A DNA stretch of 19,464 bases from Bugula neritina. Its lineage: Eukaryota > Animalia > Bryozoa. The stretch is taken from contig CAXIUT010000015.1 in the NCBI GenBank assembly GCA_964035545.1, positions 1 through 19,464 on the forward strand, read 5' to 3'. Below are positions 11,776 through 19,464 of this stretch, in pieces. Made by a program: the position numbers and the translations under genes. Position 1 is the stretch's first letter; each line of letters starts with the position of its first letter. The notes under the pieces are model-generated. The model was not told the origin of the DNA. It worked only from the letters and a program-made list of their open reading frames with translations, and ran no database searches.

Positions 11776-12684
11776 TCATTCTTCTTTTTATTCTTTATCT
11801 GATGATTTAATAACTATCTCTTTTTTCCTTCTTGCTAATATCACTGATACATCATCTAAAAAGCCCTCCTTTGGAAACTCTAAATTAGCTTCTTTAGCCT
11901 TAAGAAAAATAGGAGATTCAAAATTACCTTTCCTTGATAAAATTTAACCCATTATACCCAAACGTTTAGCCATTTAATCCAAACTTATAGACTCTTTATC
12001 TTTTACAACAGCATCTACATGTTTTTACTTTACTGAACCCGGTCCTCTCAAATGATAATGAATAAGATCAAGACCTACATTGTTCCAAAGTCCGTTTGAT
12101 GCAAGTATAATGATATCATCTTTCTTCACTTCTTCTTTTGGAATTTTATCTACATAACCTGAAGATGGATAATAATCCGATTAAAAACCTATTTTAAATG
12201 GTTTATTAAATGACTAATAAATAGGTTCAACGATTTCTACTTGACTAGAACTTACAACAGCATAAAGACTATCACCAATGTAGTAGAAACTAAGATCTCC
12301 AGTTTTTGGATGAATAGCACATAAAGTAAGAGTACAACATCCCTCAATTTTTGTTTTGTCAACTGCAGATTCAACTAGTTTCATTAAATTATCAAAATTT
12401 TTGTCAATCTATGAATAAAAAAATAACTATATGATTGCTAAAAGCTTATTAGTAAAATTATCTTCAAGATTAGCACTTGATTTATCTAACGACTGTGCTC
12501 CAAAGTCTGCAATTGCGAGTAAATTAGGAGTTATTATTAATCGATCAGTACCCTATGTAAGATTACGAGTGGGGTGAATCTTTTGTACTGAAGCTGTTTA
12601 GAAGGAATACTTGATTTATTTTTAACTTATATTAGCCACTGAAGAACTAATAACTTTTTGCAAGTATCGATATCCTCGAAACAT
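11776..12684 (-). CDS. PTC7-like PP2C-fold protein, probably catalytically degenerate and mitochondrial (302 aa)
   Basis: HP, IAD, GCCTLT, IGDS, SFNKPFKIG, DIIILASNGLWNNV, SP and DDVSVIL occur in PTC7 order. The N-terminus MFRGYRYLQKVISSS is presequence-like. No intron. Confidence 0.82.
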
Positions 12685-12755
12685 AAAGATGATATATTAA
12701 TAGATTTTGTGATATAAATAATAGTTTGTTTGAGGACAATAATTATAACTATATC

Positions 12756-13271
12756 ATGAACAAGGGTCTACTGAATCATAGCAAATATAGAACAAAATAT
12801 TGGCAATAAAAGCACAAAGAGTCATAACATTCACTTCACAACACTATCCTTACAGGTATCAGAATAAAACAGCCAAATTATAAAATAACAGGGTTTTCTC
12901 GAATAAATCGTCCCTCTAAATCACATCTTTTTAGAAAATCAACTGACTAAAAAGAAAAATCTAATTATCACTACATGTTGAGTCTCAAAATGCAGTTACT
13001 TGAACTTAATTAAGAAAAGTCCAACTCAAGTCGATAAGTTAAAACCGCAAAAAAATCTTATAAAGATCACTTAAATTATAGAGGAAAAAGCAGTCTCGAA
13101 AAGAGACATCACTACAGACCAGATGCCAGTTTTACAATTGATGTCAATGCACCTGGTAGCCATCAATATCGTATGGAACATAGATTTTCAGTTATTTAAA
13201 GAAATAAAGGAGCACAGTTCATGCCTCTCAAATCATCAAGATATCGATCTATTCAAAATCCTCTTCTTTGA
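12756..13271 (+). CDS. Hypothetical basic protein (171 aa)
   Basis: ATG-to-TGA frame that exactly fills the gap between its neighbours. APGSHQY is weakly reminiscent of a SHIPPO/PGP repeat. Confidence 0.55.
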
Positions 13272-13360
13272 TTATTTATAAATTAGATTTGATTCTTTAG
13301 TTATTTAATCTTTAGTTGATAAGATTTTGATTAATCGTAATTATATCAAAACAATCAACT

Positions 13361-13843
13361 ATGTTTATACCCTGGAAAACCTACTTCTGGCTGATACTAT
13401 CTTCAGCTGTCGTAATATATGATACACTCTACATCCAACTGCGCCCTCAAACATTCAGGTACAACATATATGAGTGGAAATTTGAACCATATCAAGTCTA
13501 CAACTTCTTTGATACTCTTAAAACCAATATGGAAGATCGCTTTCTCGTTATTCAAAGTTGGCTTAATGTTGTATAAGTTTCTTTGATTGTTTTAGTTATT
13601 TTGATCTCGATGATTCCAAGCAAAAAGACTAAAATAACCAGCGCAATCATGCTAATTGTGGTTCAGTCATTTGTATTTTGGAAAACAGTGATATATTTAT
13701 GGTACGATAGACAGTTCGTGACACCTTCTTTAGAAAGATTTTATAGCATAGCAGTAGTTTTTTATTATTTCACCATTGGACCTTTCATAATATGTCCTCT
13801 TTTGAGCATCTACGCAGTTGAAGAGAATCATAAAAGCTATTGA
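13361..13843 (+). CDS. EXPERA/emopamil-binding-like 4-TM protein (~160 aa)
   Basis: The two listed ORFs join through a TAA. W...VIYD..Y..LRP, Y...D, F..IQSWLNVV[TAA], FWKTVIY and PFIICP motifs. The true C-terminus may lie in another frame ending at 13865. Confidence 0.78.
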
Positions 13844-13943
13844 AGTAAAATAGAAAACTGAATGATTTCGTATTATCAATATAAATCTAATTTCCTTTAA
13901 ATAAAGATAAATATTTGAGTCTTATTATGATTCTATTTTAAGA

Positions 13944-14014
13944 GGGGTTGGGGTTGGGGTTGGGGTTGGGGTTGGGGTTGGGGTTGGGGTTGGGGTTGGG
14001 GTTGGGGTTGGGGT
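13944..14014 (+). repeat. Internal telomeric tract 2 (GGGGTT)n, 71 nt
   Basis: Pure T2G4 repeats ending TTGGGGT, then unique sequence; no C4A2 arm. Confidence 0.97.
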
Positions 14015-14018
14015 GAAA

Positions 14019-16874
14019 TCACATTGAATTGAGATTAAGTCCGCTCTTCTGTCTTTACATTCTCGAATTACGCATCATACTTTCTGTTCTTTCAAATTTA
14101 GAATCTCTTTCTTCCAAATTGATATCATCCAGCACCAAATTGTAACTCTCAAGACTTTTTCTTTCATCATACTATTGTTCATTGACAATATCTGCCTCTT
14201 TTTCAAGAATATACACAATAAACTGGCAAAGAAGTTTGTTCATCTCTTAAATCTATTTATAAAATTTATTTTTTATGTAAAGTTGTTCTTCATAATATCG
14301 AGCTGTTATTATTCGTATTTTGAGTTACTTAGAAATGTTTTAAAGTCTAATTTATTAGTGATGTTTGAATGAATGTAACATAGGCGATTCTGGAAAACTA
14401 ACCTTCCATTAATATCGAACCACAATATCTTTATCTACTGTTTTAACTGTCCTTTTTTCTCTTAAATAAAATTTGCTATGTCCATGCTGATACTAGTAAT
14501 TATGCCTTCCTTTTTCATCTTTACTTGCTACCCTTCTAAAATTCTACTCTGGGAAAAACTAGGCTTCTTTCCATTTTCTCATTAAATCTTTTAGTTGAGT
14601 TTATAAAGATTTGGCCTTGTTGTTATTTTTCTAAGCTGGATGCATACTAATTGCTGCTGCTTTAATTACTTTAGATAATTCACCATTACTTTGCATACTT
14701 CTATCAAAAGGCATCACTGAAGTTGAAGAATTAACCTTATGTATTGAAGTACTTGAGTTATTGTGTTTTCCTGGCTATGAAGGCTAACGAATACCCTTAA
14801 ACGTTATATTTTTAGTCATGCTTTAAATGATTTAGTTATTTTAATCACTTTAAAAACAAAGAGCTCCAAAATCAGTGCCAATCTCAACAACTTACTTTTC
14901 TTTAAGAGTTTTTACATCAAAAGAATTGATGTCAGATTGTGGAATAATTAATTGCAACTCTTAAGCAAAGGGATTCCAAGTTGATTCTTCAAATATAAGT
15001 CCATTAGAAGATATATTTAGTTTTCCTTTATATTTATCAGTATCTGTTTTAAGTTTGCATGTATGTTGAGAGAGTATATTATGCTTAACAACTTCTGAAC
15101 TAACACCACAACAACCTTGTTTTGGTCTAATCATATTTTTAAGTCTTTGATCTTTCTTCTGGAGAAGAATTTTTGCTTAATCAACTTATTTCTTTTTTAT
15201 TTAAGAAGAAAAAGTACTATAAAGGTTAGGTTTTGGACATTCATTCAATAAATTCTAATATCTACTATCCTCTTTGAGAATTAATAGAATTTCATGGTTT
15301 ATGTTCATACTGTTGATAATATTTATTCTGTTCTTCTCCCGATCTAGTAATTTATTAAGATTTTTATGAGTTGCTTCCTTCATAATCACTTAGTATAGTC
15401 CCTTCATAAATTTGAAAAATTTCTTATCATCTTCACTTTAACTCTTTTATAATTAAAGAAAAATCTTCTTTAGTTCTGTAAAACTAGCACCTATACTAGA
15501 TTTAAATTATTGTAATTATTTAGCATCAACTGTACCCTCAGAAATAACTTTTTATTTTATCTTGAGATGATCTTGCAAGATTACTTTCGAACGTCTTTCA
15601 AAAGCTTCAATTGATTCTTTTTTATTTTAAAGTATTTTTCTCATCTTTTATGCACAATCTCCCATTTGTTGACTTATCTTTTATAATGATTTTTTTTGTC
15701 TTTAAATAATATTGAGAGCAAGTTCTAAAATTTAAGTAAAGTTAGATCCAAAATATTTTCTATACCTTTTCTTATAAGCATCAAGTCCATTCTTCGTGAA
15801 AGTATCTTTCTCAATATTTCTGTATTCTTTTTAATATCCTTCATATCTTTCCAGCTGCTGTTTAAATTAACTAACTAACATTGTTTGTATTTTAAAAGTT
15901 TCTTAACTAGTTTTTAATTTCTTTGTTCTTATACTTTAACAACGATCATGGAAAAATCTATAATCTGAATTTATTTAAAACTGATTTACAGATTTTCTAA
16001 ATAGCTATGAAAATTCTTAAAAAGGATTACTTTCATTATTTTTTTGTCCAATATCTGTCGCATATAAATCATCTAATCTTTTTAATTCGTGCATATGTTG
16101 TTCTTCAATATTATCAGAAGTTCTGATATTAAGTTAAGTTTTATCAACTCTTTCTTAGTTATTAGGAAAGACAATACACTTGATAATAGTTTCAATGGTT
16201 ACTAAATAATTATGAATAAGAACAAAGTAATTTTAGTTGATTTCTTTGATATTTTAAGTAATAAAACCTCTTTTTTCATCTAACACTTGTCTATTGGTAA
16301 TTATATCTGTTTCAACTATTAAGCATTTGTTATTTTTCTGATCTAATTGAGAAAGATACTCATTGGTTAAGGTTTTATTATAAAAAGAAATAGGATTTTG
16401 ATATGATTTATATTTATTAATAACTACATTCAATTATTCACATTGCTTATTGTAGACTCCATATTTATTGTTATATTATACTTCTTGTTGAATATAACCT
16501 TAAAAATGGTCGATTACACTCTTGCATTTTCCTTTTAACTTTTCTTCTTGCTTTACTATACTTTACTGTTTTATTTTTTAAATATTTATTACGTTGAGTT
16601 TAGAGTTGCGTTCTATCTGTAAAGAAAATTATCTATAAAGTTTAGAAAGGTTTATTATGTGATCAGATTTCTAATAATACAAACTACTCTTTATTACATA
16701 TTCTTCGAATCTGGTCATTTCTTTGTTGATTTTCTGAGAAAAAGAACTACTAAGCTCTTCGACTCCCCGAATGAACCCGAAAAGTTGATTCTTCACTTCG
16801 TGGATATGTTCCGTCCTCGTGGTGACTCTTTTTATTTGTCCTATAATTTCATTGTTCTTTTCAATTGGGAGCAT
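14019..16874 (-). CDS. Large protein (951 aa): N-terminal helical/BAR-like region, GRAM/PH-like domain, possible VASt-like remnant
   Basis: Uninterrupted 2856-nt frame. HTCKLKTDTDKYKGKLNISSNGLIF...LIIPQSDINSF matches the GRAM pattern (C......GxLyiS...l.F....iip..dI). The other domain calls are inference. Confidence 0.72.
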
Positions 16875-16978
16875 TATAATATTATACTCATAAGCAATAA
16901 AATAGACAATTTGATTTGAACATTATTTAATTCTTCATTCCAAGAATAAAAAATAGGATTATGTTGTTTCTATCTTAG

Positions 16979-18751
<1,773 letters not shown>

Positions 18752-18804
18752 TTTGTATTTAGAAATGTAAATTGATAGGTTATATTATTAATTTTTTTGA
18801 ATTT

Positions 18805-19287
18805 ATGGAAGGAGATAAGGTACCAGAAGGTGATCAAGAGATAGAGTAAGAGTTAACACCTGAAAATGTTGAAAAATTCAATGAAATTTGCAAGCAAGCT
18901 GCCTAGCTGGCTCAAAATTATCAAAAACAATCAGAAGATTTAAAGACTGAGATATCTGATATGGTAAATATTTACAACAAAAATAAGACTCCTTAATAGG
19001 CAGTTCCTGTTGATAAAATAATGCAAATTACTAATGATTATCAAGAAGGTATGAAATCTGTTCAATCTGAGTACTCTGAATTGAGTCATTAACTCAAAAA
19101 AGAGGAAGAAGAACGCAATGAAATGATGCTACAGATCAATGATTGTTTTAACAAACTAGAGAAAATGGAGAAAGTGCTCAAATAAAAAAATAAGAAGAAG
19201 TAATAAGAGGCATTAAAAGAGAAAAAATAAAATGAGGAAAAATAAAACGGATAAAAGAAAGAAGAGACCAATAAAGTTTAAGAATGA
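18805..19287 (+). CDS. Hypothetical acidic coiled-coil protein (160 aa)
   Basis: ATG-to-TGA frame, E/K-rich, with TAA codons embedded in GAA/GAG runs. Confidence 0.75.
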
Positions 19288-19354
19288 TTGGCTTTTTGGC
19301 TTTTATAATTTTATTCAATTATATTCTACTAAATCAAATCTAAACTTTGAAATA

Positions 19355-19464
19355 GGGGTTGGGGTTGGGGTTGGGGTTGGGGTTGGGGTTGGGGTTGGGG
19401 TTGGGGTTGGGGTTGGGGTTGGGGTTGGGGTTGGGGTTGGGTTGGGGTTGGGGTTGGGGTTGGG
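19355..19464 (+). repeat. Right telomere (GGGGTT)n
   Basis: Perfect T2G4 repeats to the window end, 67 nt after the last stop codon. Confidence 0.98.

Noticed and set aside
13944-14014. CRISPR array, transposon end or telomere-bearing element
   Set aside because: No spacers, terminal inverted repeats, target-site duplication or transposase/RT ORF; the flanking genes are ordinary cellular genes.

Overview
AT-rich, gene-dense ciliate macronuclear DNA, capped by (C4A2)n at the left end and (T2G4)n at the right end. Two more pure (T2G4)n tracts lie inside the window (6210-6285, 13944-14014) and split it into segments of about 6.3, 7.7 and 5.4 kb. The supplied ORF track is misleading because TAA/TAG are sense codons here. 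Conserved motifs show they encode GLUTAMATE (peritrich-type code, NCBI table 30), not the usual ciliate Gln, and TGA is the only stop. Hand translation with that code, removing tiny 19-21 nt GT-AG introns, gives 14 CDSs plus tRNA-Ala(CGC). The CDSs are: EF-hand protein, cystinosin, CFAP157-like, NT-C2/coiled-coil protein, small TM protein, UAP1, IQCH-like, type I membrane protein, PTC7-like PP2C with degenerate catalytic motifs, a hypothetical protein, an EXPERA-like protein, a helical(BAR-like)+GRAM protein, mitochondrial GluRS and a coiled-coil protein. The main oddities are the unidirectional interstitial telomere tracts sitting exactly between genes, the near-fixed 20-nt introns, and a possible pair of back-to-back introns with a zero-length exon. 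All family assignments come from motif recognition, not database searches.
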